This document shows positions 1 to 12,500 of a stretch of DNA of 64,000 nt, piece by piece. Origin of the DNA: Trichinella spiralis. Its lineage: Eukaryota. The notes under the pieces were generated by a model. The model was not told the origin of the DNA. It saw nothing but the letters and a program-made list of their open reading frames with translations, and made no database searches. The stretch spans positions 677,383 to 741,382 of the forward strand of contig NW_003526944.1 of the NCBI RefSeq assembly GCF_000181795.1. Direction: 5' to 3'. Every line of letters begins with the position of its first letter. The stretch's first letter is position 1. Both the position numbers and the translations under genes were made by a program.

Positions 1-402
1 AATCATTTCTATTCTAAATTACTCAGCATTGCTAATTTCATAATTTTATTTATTCTCATATATTTAAAAAGTCTTATGAAAAACTGGTTGAAAATTTATA
101 ATTAAAATTACATAATTGCATGCTTTTTATAAATGTTTCTCATCAATATTTTTTTTCTACAGAAATATTCAAAATATTTTGCAATGCCAAATCTATTAGT
201 GCCGTAAATATAAATATTGCATTGTGCGATCAATATGAAAAAAAAATATTTGAAATCAAATAATTGTAAATTATAAACAAATTTAATTATTTGTTCAAAA
301 TAAAATATTATTAAGCTAATATTATTCAAACTCCTTGAGTTTCATAATACACTGTAATAGAAGTGCGTAGTGTTAGCAATTGTTTGTTGTTTTTGTTTCA
401 AA

Positions 403-753
403 ATGGCAGCTGCATGGATACCACGATTTCTGCGATGCTCATCTGCGGTATGTTTTTAGCTATATTTTTTTGTGTTATACCTTTTCTTTATCCAACCAGT
501 AAATAGCAGATAATGGCGATTTCAGATTTAAAGATTTGTATTTGTATTGATATAATCACAGTTTCATTTTCAAGTTAATTTTCAGGTGTTTTTTAAACAT
601 AAGATTTAAGCAGTGAAAAACACTCGTCCGGAAAATTTTAATGTAATTCTTTTGATGTTAATTTCATCTAACTTATTAATGTTGATTTATCAGTACTTCT
701 ATATTAGTATATATTTTATGCCGAGGAATTATTTTTGCTTTATCCATAATTAA

Positions 754-808
<55 letters not shown>

Positions 809-2540
809 GATATTTTTCAGTTGGTCCAAAAGGTTCCCAACAGAACTTTATCAGTAATGGAACATCAAGGATTGAAGTTGTTAAAAGAATTGGATATTCC
901 ATGCCCGGAACATGAAGTTATTACAAATGTTGATCAAGCAACAGAAGCTATGGCAAGACTCGGTAATGATAAATTATTTACAGCAATTTTATAAAGGTTA
1001 TATTGATTTAGGAGGCAGTGATTTTGTTCTAAAAGCTTTAGTACCGACAGGTGGCCGTGGTTTAGGTGTATTTGATAATGGTTTGAAAGGTGGTGTACAG
1101 ACGATCTGCAGGTGTGCATGTATAAATAAAAACGATAAAAATAACTTTATTATTTATTAAAGTGAAGAAGAAGCGGTTGATATTGCAAGCAAAATGATTG
1201 GCCATCATTTGAAAACAAAACAGACAGGCGACAAAGGACTTTTATGTGAGAAGCTGTTGCTGGCGAAGCGTCATTTTTTACGCCGCGAATATTATTTTAG
1301 CATCACTTTGGATCGCATGCATAACGTTAGTTTATTGATTTTTTTCTCATCTTAAATGCATGAAAAATGGAATGAAATTTTAGGGTCCAGTTTTGATTGG
1401 TTGTGGTCAGGGAGGAATGAGCATTGAAAAAATTGCTGCGGAAGATCCGGATGCTATTGTGTACTTGCCGGTTGATGTTGTCGATGGAATTGATGAGAAT
1501 AAGGCGCGCGAAATGATTTCGAAAATGGGTTTCACTTCCCATTGTCAAGACCAAGTAAATATTATGAATAATTAATTTAATGACAATAACTTACTCGACA
1601 TTATTTAGGCTTTAGAAATATTTAAAAAATTGTACAGCATGTTCATGAAATATGATTGTAACTTGGTTGAAATTAATCCAATGGCTGAAGATTCTTCTGG
1701 AAATTGTACTTTTGTTTATTTGAATAATGAAATTCTTTTCAATTTTACAAGTAAAATTTTAGTACAATGTATGGATTGCAAGGTAGTTGTTGATGACGCA
1801 GCTGCTTATCGGCAGAAAGAATTGTTTGCTATGGTAGGACAGAGGGCAACAAATGAATTAGAACAAGAAGCAGCAGAATTTAACTTGAATTACATTCCTC
1901 TGGAAGGAGATATTGCCTGCTTAGGTTTCAATTATTGTTATGCTTCAATATAATTTTTGTAATGAATGAACTTTTAGTGAATGGCGCTGGTCTTGCTATG
2001 GCAACAATGGATATAATTAAATTACACGGTGGTGAACCTGCAAATTTTCTTGACATAGGTGGTGGAGCAAGTATTGATCAAGTGTCGGCTGCATTTCGAA
2101 TAATATCCAAAGATTCAAAGGTATTTTGCATAATCTTGCATTTCTTGTAAAATAAAAGAAAAATTGTACAATACTATGTTGTTCTGTTTACAGGTTCGTG
2201 CAATTTTGGTCAATATTTTTGGTGGAATTCTTCGTTGTGATGTCATTGCAACTGGAGTTTGTAGAGCAGCAAAAGATCTTAATCTTACTGTACCAATTGT
2301 ATGCAGATTGCAAGGCACAAAAGTTGACGATGCCAAAGCAGTTATAACAGCCAATCAGTTGAAAGTTTTGGCAGTCGACAATTTGGATGATGCTGCTAAA
2401 ATGGTGAAATTGAACAAGTTGTCTTGAAACGTTATTTTCATAATTTATAATAGTTTCTGTTTCAGTCGGTGAAACTTGCCAGCATCATGAATATTGCGAA
2501 AGAAGTTGCGCTTGATGTCAGTTTCGAACTACCTATCTAA
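403..2540 (+). CDS. SUCLA2: Succinyl-CoA ligase beta subunit, ADP-forming type, mitochondrial (multi-exon)
   Basis: Exon 1 403-447 ([15 protein letters not shown], presequence-like) splices to 821. Motifs: [79 protein letters not shown]-terminus [11 protein letters not shown] (TAA 2538-2540) resembles the SUCLA2 ending VKFQLPI. Confidence 0.93.
756..808. repeat. (TA)n microsatellite in SUCLA2 intron 1
   Basis: Long TA dinucleotide run with one interruption, just upstream of the acceptor at 819-820. Confidence 0.95.
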
Positions 2541-2704
2541 ATTTGTGGTCATCGTCGAGTAGATTTATAACATTAGAATATTTGGAAGGCAACTGTAGAT
2601 GCTAGTGGATTATTTAATGTGACGTGCTGTTTTGCAGTGGTGACTTGACTTTTACAATAACGCACAGAAGAGCAATAAATTCATGTGAATCAGGGTAAAT
2701 ACGC

Positions 2705-3540
2705 TTAGCCTAACCCATGATCTTCGAAAAATCCTTGTGGAGTTTCTTCCTAAAAAATAAAAGAATAAAATGCAACAAAATGCAGAGAACAATGTTGAAT
2801 AACTTTTTACTTCTTGCATAAGATCTTCAGCTGCGATTGCTTTCAGAACCTGCTTTTTACTAGTTTCTTGAACTTCACCACCGAGCAAAAATTCATCCAA
2901 GATGAAATAGGCTTTTTCAAAATTGAAAATAATGTCCAATTCACAGACCTGAAGCACATTTTAGTTAAATTTTAAATTTTTGCAAATTTCCTAATTTAAC
3001 TAGTTGTTCGTAAAAATTGTGAGAAACATTTTAAAATCGGTATGTACCATCGTAAGTAATAGGCCATATTTTTTAAATGAACAAACAAAGTGATTATTAA
3101 TATAGTCATGCAAAACGAGCTATATTCGTAATTACTTTTAACAACAGAAAATCTTACACTGCCAAAGTATTTATCCAGCAGTTCAACATATCGATGAATT
3201 GTTTCCAAGCAGATAAGTTCGTTGTCAGTTTGTTCTATGGCACAACAGAAATACAAACTTGCATAACGTTTGTAAACAATTTTCATATCCCGATAATCTA
3301 AAAACGCCGACATCTTTGGTTTTCGTGCAAGAATCGTCGTCACCAAATCTCGAAGAATTTTCTTCTTTGTTTTCTCAGGAATAGCTATGTACCATTTCTG
3401 CAACCGCAATTTGCCTTGACGGCTGAACAACAGCATGAAGAGCATCTGTAAACATTTATGTACTTTTATTATTTTATGATTTATCCTGCTTAAAAAGACA
3501 TTAATGCAATCTGATAACTCATAGTCTTGATACTTACCAT
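2705..3540 (-). CDS. aps-1: AP-1 adaptor complex sigma subunit
   Basis: ATG-only first coding exon 3540-3538 followed by GTAAGT. Next exon from 3445 gives [20 protein letters not shown], then [29 protein letters not shown] and terminal [14 protein letters not shown] (TAA 2707-2705). Confidence 0.96.
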
Positions 3541-4107
3541 ATTTAAAATAAAATTAGTTTAAAAATTTATGAACAATAAGTATACAACACTGCAACAGTA
3601 ATGAGTTACAGGTAGAAACGTAAAAAGCAGAACGTACACATATGTAGATCCTTTGTTGAAAATTAAGTTTAAAATTTTCAACTTATAATATTAAGTGCAT
3701 TTTTTTATTTAATAAATACAAAAATATGCAGTTTAAACGTCAGTTTGTTATTTTTATTATTTTGTTATATTATTCTGGCAGAAAAACAGGCGTTTTCAAA
3801 ATATACTGTAATTGTGAATGTAAATAAATAAACCCTTATAGTTACTTTAATTTTTATTACATTATCATTAAATAATTTTAAATTAATATAAAATTATTTA
3901 ATTTCCGCATTTTAAAAAAAATTTCATGACAAGACAATGCTTCATCATTTCTTACAAATTACAGTACAATTCGTTGGTGTTTTACATTTGAAAAAGTCTG
4001 CAGTATAACAGGTGAATCTGTGATTTGTGTACAGTTTTTTTTATTTATTTATGAAATATTTTTGATGATAAATACCATTTACTGTATTAATTTTAGACCT
4101 GCTAACA
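3541..4107. promoter_or_regulatory. Probable bidirectional promoter region between AP-1 sigma and MED21
   Basis: Divergent start codons 567 bp apart, separated by very AT-rich DNA. Inferred from geometry only. Confidence 0.45.
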
Positions 4108-4521
4108 ATGTCCGACAGATTGACACAACTTCAAGACTGTATCAACGAATTGGCATCGCAAATATGCAATAGTACGGGTGTTTTGCAGCAGACGGCCTCT
4201 GCGAGTAACTTTGAAAATAATGATCAGTTTTCAACCGGAGCTGAAGATAATGCGGAGCTGTTTGCGAAATTAGTTGCATCTACATCAAGCGATATTGACA
4301 TGCTTGTCGACCTACTTCCTAATGAAGAACCAAGCCCGGATCTGCAAAACGAACAATTTACCGAATTGAATAATCTCAACACCGAAGCTGCTCAATCTCT
4401 CAGATTGTCTGTTGAGCGTGGACAAGTGTTGTTGGAAAGAATTAAGAATATTTTATCGTTTATCGATAATACGCAAAAAATTGTTGCAGAAATTCGTTCT
4501 TCAGATCCAAAATCTATGTGA
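4108..4521 (+). CDS. MED21: Mediator complex subunit 21 (Srb7), single coding exon
   Basis: MSDRLTQLQDCINELASQICNSTGVLQQ matches the Med21 N-terminal signature (MADRLTQLQD...FCNAIGVLQQ); DIDMLVDLLP motif; 137 aa. Confidence 0.93.
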   Translation: MSDRLTQLQDCINELASQICNSTGVLQQTASASNFENNDQFSTGAEDNAELFAKLVASTSSDIDMLVDLLPNEEPSPDLQNEQFTELNNLNTEAAQSLRLSVERGQVLLERIKNILSFIDNTQKIVAEIRSSDPKSM

Positions 4522-5144
4522 TTGCACAATTCGCTGTCTTTATATAAAATCCAAAATAAACAATTGGACGTAGAATCGCCATATCTTTTAATTGAATACA
4601 AGTCGGCATGTTGGTAATTTCAGAATCACAAATTAGAATTCTTTTAGTGTTATTTTCAAAAGTAAAACGTAAATTCATCTGATAATGTGATTTGTGACAG
4701 ATTTTATTATAAAAATTCTTTCAAAATAAAAAACTACGAGTGTAAAGTTCGCAATTTCGAATAAATGTTTATGCAATGTTGAAATCATTGTTCATTCGCA
4801 ATTTACAGTAAAGTATACTGTTGTGAATCAACCTAATATTCTTAAAATACAGTAAGGTATGATTAACAAACTAAGGTTGAATATTTAATCTCGATTTACA
4901 GATGTAAAAGGTAAGTAACTCTGTTGTCAACCCATTTTCCCATATTGACTGCAGCTCTAAGCATAAGAGACATAGAGGAAATGAAATAAATTGATAGTGG
5001 AGATGATGCAGATTGTTTGCTTCTTTTACAGTCTAAACATGCACACAAGTGGGAGCGGGCAGCCTGTGTGGATAAGTAAATAATTATTTTTTAAATGTCA
5101 TTGTTTGTTTTGTATTTTTTAGCATTACGTTGACTGTGCAAAAA

Positions 5145-6375
5145 ATGTCTGTGTCAGAAGATATTTTTTTCAACATGAACATTGGCTTTGTTGGTGCCGG
5201 AAAAATGGGGCAAGCGATGATTCGCGGTATGATTTCATCAGGTGATATATGAAAAGCAATATTTGATAGTATTTTAAAAATTGCTCAATAATATATAGGA
5301 AAATTCGCAGCTCAGAAAATAACAGCCAGCGCTCCCGTGGAAGATCGGCATTATCTTGATGAAATAAAATCAGTGTGCTTTTCGTATTTTTTTTTCAAAA
5401 TTTGTTCTGTTCCAATTTTGATGATGCTGAAAATTTGCAATCAATCATTGCAGTGGTATTTTTCCACTTTTCAGAAAGTGAATATCAACGTCACTCATTC
5501 GAATTTGGATTTGGCTCGAACAAGTGATGTAGTAATTTTTGCCATTCCTCCGTCGATTTCGTGCCGAGTAATTTCCGAAATGAAAACCATCCTCAACAGT
5601 GATAAACTGATTTTATCAATCATGAACGGCGTTTCCATGGATACCATTGAGCAAGTGAATATTGTTTTTTATGCAAAAAATAAGTTTTATTTCCGTTTCA
5701 ATTGTTGAGCGACTGATAGTTCAGATTGCCGGTAAGAAGTTGCGCGTTGCACGTGCCATGCCCAACATGGCGGCGACAGTACGACGTTCTGCGACCGCTT
5801 ACGCTCTCAACGAGAGCTGCACATCGCGAGACGAAGCCCTCGTCAGTGGCTTGTTGTCTTGCATTGGTTTTGCGGTGAAATTGCCGGAAAGATTGATAAA
5901 CTCGGCCACGGGTTTAAGTGGTTGCGGACCTGCTTATGTAAAAGGAAAAAGCATAAGAAAAAAAAGAAAATTTTCTAACCTGCGGCACATATTTTCAGAT
6001 GTTTACGGTACTTGAAGCGATGGCAGAAGGCGGAGTCAAGGCCGGTTTACCACGCGATGTAGCACAGCAGTTGGCGGTGAACACGATGCTGGTATATAGT
6101 TGTTGTTGAAATTGGTTGTCCTTTTCAAAATGCTTAATCTTCACCTGCAAAATCAGGGATCCGCCGAAATGGTCATCCAGACTGGCAAGCATCCGACAAT
6201 TTTGAGGGAAAGTATCGAATCGCCAGGCGGTTCTACTGTCGTGGGCGTGCACGAGCTGGAGAAAGCGGCATTTCGAGCTGCTCTGATCAACGCAGTCGAA
6301 GCGGCCACAAATCACGCTTTCAAACAAGACAATATGCAAATTCGTCTTGGTCCGTCCGCGACGAGATCCGACTGA
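5145..6375 (+). CDS. PYCR: Pyrroline-5-carboxylate reductase (multi-exon)
   Basis: NAD(P)-binding IGFVGAGKMG in exon 1 (5145-~5241), ARAMPN, TGLSGCGPAY, EAMAEGGVKAGLPR, LRESIESPGGST; TGA 6373-6375. Confidence 0.94.
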
Positions 6376-6760
6376 TGATATTTATTTATTGATGGGGAAA
6401 GGAGGAGAAATAAAGAAAAAAAATTGGGGATGAATGAAATGGTAGTTTTTTTTATAAATAATGAGAAAATCAACAAACAAAAAAGAGTAATAACTCTCGT
6501 CGAGACGTGCTGAAGGAGAGAGGACAAATCATCGGACAGAAACAGCCACAGCAGCAGCAGCAGCACGAACAACAACAACTAATAAAAAACAGTCATCACA
6601 AAATTGGACAAATCATCTATATTCGCTTCTTTGGCATCAATAATAATAATAATAATAATCCATCCATCATTCATGCAAGAAAATTTGTTTTAAAGTGAAA
6701 TCGTAAAATTGTTCGCTTTTCTTCTCTCTCTTTCTCTGGCTCACCAGCACCAGTTGAATT

Positions 6761-8438
6761 TTACTGATAAATCAGCGAATCTCGTCCTGGACTCATTGTC
6801 CACATTCCAACACCGATGAACATTATTGTAATTATAAACGAAAACATCAGCCAAAATATAATGTTAAATGTGACGGCGTAGTCTTGTGAATAAAATGAAT
6901 AATGAGTATAAGAATTCTGTAGCTCCTGAAAAATAAGTAAGATGAAATATGGAAATAAATATATTTTCTACAAAAAATTATTCATAATAAACGAACCTTA
7001 TCCGACATTGATAGTTGACGCGGTTTGCGACTTCGAGCTCCGCTTGAACTGACCATCAACACAATGCAATTGTCATCGTATACATTTTTGAACGTATCGG
7101 TAAGCTAATTGAACAAAACAAAAAGTTTTTACGAAGATAAAAATTAATAATAATAATATTATAAATTTGACTTACTTTTGTGATGAGCGTTTCAATTTTG
7201 GCAATCGCATCTCGCACCTCTTGACTGTTCGTTGCTGTGTGCTGTTGTTCAACGATCCACAGCAACGATTCGAAATTAAACAAATACAAATCCGGCACTC
7301 CATTTCGAACGGTTTTGTTCTCTTCCAGCTGATAAAAAAATAAAAAAAACTGAAACCAATTAATAAAACAAAATGTGCCTATAGAAAAGTGGTAGGGCAA
7401 ATTTTTTTTCAGCTCGCCTATTCTGATTGGCTGAAAACAATTTCAATAATTTGTCCTGTTCTCATTGGTTCAAATAATAATTTTCGTACGATTAACTCTT
7501 ACAGGCAGATAAAAGAAATGCTTCTGATTGGTATCAATTGTCAGAATATGCGACACAAAAAATAAGTTAAGACAACCAAATCGTACGCAGATAAAAATAC
7601 ACAGGTGACAGTGCATTTCTGTGTGTGCATACCCAACTTTTGATCGCCAATGTCGCCTTGGTCTCTTTGTCAAGAGGCAATTCATCCGAGCTACCTTGGG
7701 CAAACAGAGCAGGCGTGTCATCGTACGTTGAAGCTATGGGAATGTCGTTGCCACTGTTCACCCCATTCTGTAAAACCAAAATTACCATTTTAGAATTAAA
7801 AAATGCCACATCACATCAAAATCCATTATCCAGAGATACCATGCTTGATTCGATCAAAGTGGGATCATTTTCTGAAAATGTTTTCTGAATTTCCAGCCAC
7901 AAAGTACTGAATTCTGGTGTTGAATCCTGAAAAATTAAAACAACAACTCGAGAGCAAATTATGCAAGCGAGCGAGCAAAATGATGAAAAAATTGCACCTC
8001 GTTCAGACGGTAAGTTTTCAAACTTTGCAGATTCGGTTTCAAATGATCAGGGGCAACAATGTCGAACACAACCATCGCCTCTGCCCTTTGGAACAGATCA
8101 CCACTGTTCAACCATTCTTTGGGCTTTAAAATAAATTTAAATCGAAAAAAACAAATGCACCAATTAAGAAATAAGAAGAGTTAAAGAGAAAAAAAATACC
8201 GCATCAGTGTTCAATCCCATCAGAGTGCCGGCAACTGACGACACCTCAGACGTGAATGGCGTACTGGATGAAGGCAAGTGAACAGATTTTGGTACGTGCA
8301 AAAATGTCAACGATGCGCATCTGGCTAAATCTGAAAAATAATTTTAAAAAATTATTCAATAAATTTAAAATAAAAATAATAATTTTCTTTACCTGTCAAA
8401 AAAAGCGACGACAACATCCACATGCAAATCATTGCCAT
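6761..8438 (-). CDS. ATP6AP2: V-ATPase accessory protein / (pro)renin-receptor homologue
   Basis: Signal peptide MAMICMWMLSSLFLT|DLARCASLTFLHVPKSV; VPDLYLFNFESL; furin-like RSRKPR near 7020-7037; TM segment YSQDYAVTFNIIFWLMFSFIITIMFIGVGMW followed by TMSPGRDSLIYQ*, matching the ATP6AP2 MDPGxDSIIY motif. Exact 3' end uncertain. Confidence 0.85.
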
Positions 8439-8599
8439 CTACAAGTGATAAATGGAAATGATCGAAAATATTAATAAAAGTGTTCATTTTTCCAGATACT
8501 GTGAAACCAACCGAACAGAATACGGTTAAAATAATAAAAATAATAAAGAGTATTTGAAATAAAAATTTATTCAAAAAAATAGATAAATAATATTTTGAT

Positions 8600-9289
8600 T
8601 CATGACCATTTGGCTCGAATGACGCCGCTCAGTTTCCCATGATCGGCCATGTCACGAAATACGAACCGTGACAGTCGGTAACGTGTGACATTGCCCCGCT
8701 TTCGGCCAGTTATTTGGCATATATTTCGCACGTAGCGTGGAAAACAGCATCTGGGCAACTTCTGCATCTCCTGCTTCATTTCTTGCTGAATTAATTAATT
8801 TTTGTGATTATGATTTCGTTAGTTATATGAAAAGGAAAACTTTTCCTCTTCAACATCACATATACCCTACTCTATTCTACTACCGTACCCGAATCGCGGT
8901 GGGTAAAAAGTCGTTTCGCAAAATCGCCTTCATCCGTATGCGCACGTCGTTGTATTCGGCGATCACTTGACGCCGTCGCCAATCTCGACGCATTGCCCAT
9001 TTTGCCCAAAAAGTGAACCGTTGATTACATTCCCACCAGTTCAATCTGACCGAAGTAGCATCTACACCATACCTGAACAATTAAATTATTAAACAGCCGC
9101 ATAAAATTAATAAACCATTTATTTATTTATTTATTACCCAAATGGTCGTTTTGCCAGATCGAAATTATTCTGCGCATCTTCCACAGCGGTTGCAATGGTC
9201 TGCTGTTCGGTCAAATCGGCCCTATTGCACCAAGCCCTGACAATGGACAAATTCGACGGTCGAAATGGACGATAAAATACACTGATCAT
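8600..9289 (-). CDS. MRPS14: Mitochondrial ribosomal protein S14 (3 exons)
   Basis: WAMRRDWRRRQVIAEY...RMKAILRNDFLP and C-terminal CQITGRKRGNVTRYRLSRFVFRDMADHGKLSGVIRAKWS* (TGA 8602-8600). N-terminal presequence-like MISVFYRPFRPSNLS from ATG 9289. Confidence 0.92.
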
Positions 9290-9560
9290 CAACGAATTCT
9301 ATCGACACTATTGAACAGTGGAGAAAGAATTGTTCATCCACAATACAAGCGAACAAAATTAATTAATTAACAATGTAACAAACGGATCAACAACCAACTA
9401 TACATAACGTGCACAATAAAATCCCAACAAAATTATGCTAATTTTTAATTGCATTTACATCTTCTGTGATTCTCTTCTGACTGCGTGAAAACATAAAACG
9501 AAAATATAAATTAATCTAATAAATAAAAATAGGGAATCGTCGAAATTTGTTTACGGATCA

Positions 9561-12500
9561 TCAATTTTGCAAGAAAACACTGCTTCCAGTAACTAGCCTC
9601 GGCTTGTTGATGTAAACGTAAACGCAGCCGACAAAATCCGCAGAAACAATCACCTCTGGCACGGATTGCGTGTCGATGGTCAACGGAGGTGAGGGCGATT
9701 TGTCCGGCAGCGGCTCTTCGGGTGTTTTATTTCTCGTTCGATCGATTTGGTCAAAAATAAGGCGTGGATTTGGTGCAAAACTGGCAGCAGTTACTACAGC
9801 ACGGTGAGCTGAAAGTGAGAAAAAAAATATTTTTTCAAAAAAAAACTCATATTCAATAATATTTCAATTTTCCCAAACAATTTCTATCTAACCTTTGATA
9901 CGTTCCCATCGGCAACTTCGATCTTTTCTAATTGGCAACGGCAGTGTTCCCAGTTCAACGTGAGTTTTCCACAAATAAACCATCGAATCTTCGGAACCGC
10001 TAATCACAAACTGACCATTGTGGCTATAGAACAACGAGCAAACACAAAAATAACAACTAGTTAATTAATTGTAATAATAAATCACCAGTATAATCAAAAT
10101 TCACAACACAAACTTACTTGAACTGAGCTCGAATTTGACTACTTTTATTCATAAAACCTCGATATTTGCAACAAAGAGACAAATCTCTTAAATCGTACAA
10201 ACGAATCCTCGAATCATTGCAAGTGATCAACAGCTGAACAAAGAGGAACAAAAAAAATAATAATTAATATCACAGAAAAAACAATAATACTTCACCTTAT
10301 CACGATAAGAATCAAGACCGGTAATTTTGCTACCATGGCATCCTTTCAAAGTGGACTTGCGTATATCAATTTGAGCATGGTAGGATAATTTATCTGCGGT
10401 GTAAATTAAGCAACGGCCGTCGTAAGTACCAACAACAACGAGATCGCCTTTGCGGACATAAGTGACCGCAGTGACCATTTGGCCTTCGTCGAGCTCGTTC
10501 CAAAAGCAAACCTTCTTCTCCGGTATCAGCCACAATCGAATTTTGCCGTCCAATGAACCGCTGACAAAATAACGATCATCCTAAGAATGAAGAAGAAAAT
10601 TTGCATAATTGCAAATTGATCAAAAAACAAAAAAAAATACCTTCGGTGAAAATGCAATCGACGTGACAAAATCGCTGTGCTGAAAGCGACACAAACATTC
10701 GGATCGTGATACATGCCACAAACGTACAGTTCTATCCATGCTGCTCGACAACAAGAAATAACTCTGCAGATGAAGAAAACAAAAATTCCACGAACATGCG
10801 TACAGATAAATCTCTGGAAAAATAAATAAATAAATAAACAAACTTTCGACCAGCTCAGATCAAGCACGTCCGCGTTGTGACCACTGAAACAGGCGATCGG
10901 CTGGGGCGTGAACGGTGCCCAGTCGTCGTCCAAGGCGTTGGTCAAATGGAGACTCGGCGGCGGCCGGGGAAAATTTTCCTCGGTCGTCGTCGGTCGCACA
11001 AGTCGACTCAATTCGCCGTCGTCACTTTCAGCCGAACGAAACGATTCGTCGAAAACTGCAAACCGACGAACATAATTTCAAGAAAACAAACTATATTATG
11101 CAAATTTTTTTAAGTAAACAAATTTCTGATACAAACTTATTTTGTCGGCGCAGAAGCGGGTTCGCATATCTTTGAAATAATCAAAAGCGCACTTCAATAC
11201 CCATATTCGAATGACGTTATCTTGGCCAGCAGTAGCCAACAGTCGACCGCATCTCGAAAACCGCATACACCACACTGCACCCTGTGAACGACAACACGCT
11301 CTATTTATATTCCATACGGATAACCATAATACATAATTCATATGAATAATTTACCAAATGTTGCCCACTCAAATCTTGTACTAATTTCAACTGGTCAAAA
11401 TAAAACGGACCCTTGTGGTGATGTGAAGCTCTCACCTGGTACACATCGCAAAATTGTTCATCATTATCAAAAAAATACATGCAAATTTATGATCACCGTA
11501 CTTGGATTACTCCATTGCCATCGTTCATTTCTTCATTATCACTTTGACCACTTTCATCTAATTTTTCAATTTTTTCTTAACAAAAAAAATCACAACTTCA
11601 TTTAATAAAAAAACAACAATAATTTAAAAAATATTATTATAATTATAAAACCTGTATTTGCCCAACGATAAACAGCTCTGATTTTCTTGTTCACCGCGTG
11701 GCCAAAATTGATCCCTTTCCTCAGAGTTTTAACCGACAATCTGTTCAACGATCGACTGAGGTGAAAGTTCGTACTGTCGCTGCTGGCCAGGGATTCACTG
11801 TCCGACTCACCGATGCTAACACTTGAAAGCAGCAAAAAGTTTTGTCAATTCAATTTAAATTATAAAATATTGAAAACAAAGCAATTTCCATTTTCACACT
11901 ACCTCAAATTTCCCTTTGATTTACGCAACATGTGCAAACTCAACGGATTGACACCCGGATTACAACAACCACTAGAAATTCTCTTAATATGGTCCAACTT
12001 TGCAACATTTCGTTGACCCATTTTATCCTAAAAAGAAACATCTTTTACAAATAGAAATTTACGCACGTCAACTATATGTAAATTTTTTGCACAGTGATAT
12101 ACATATATCATGGACAGCCTGGACTGGCGTCGTCGTATTGCTTGCTATTTATTCAACTTCAAATAATCAATAAAAAAAGTAAATGTACCTCGTCAAATAC
12201 CGGAAGAGGTTTCAAAAACGTTTCTGGTGACTTAACAGTAGTAATCTGCTTTGGTGGAGTCTCCTCGACTTCTGTAGAAATTTTCAGTTTATTCATCTAA
12301 AAATTAACGATACAATTCAACAGTATGCAAATCTCAACTGTCCGAGTAATATACCAGCAATTGATGTTGCAAATTTTTCCTCCTCCGAGGAGGCCGCACC
12401 GGTGGAGTGTCCACATTTGAAAAACTGTCCACTTCGCTGCCAGCAACTGAAAATCCACCGGAAAGCTTGTATTCATTGGTCAGGGCGTCAATGACCATTT

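Noticed and set aside
6312..6698. ORFs with signal-peptide-like MLLFVLLLLLW and poly-Q/poly-N
   Set aside because: Products of CAG/CAA/AAT microsatellites between convergent P5CR and ATP6AP2 genes; no domain or splice support.
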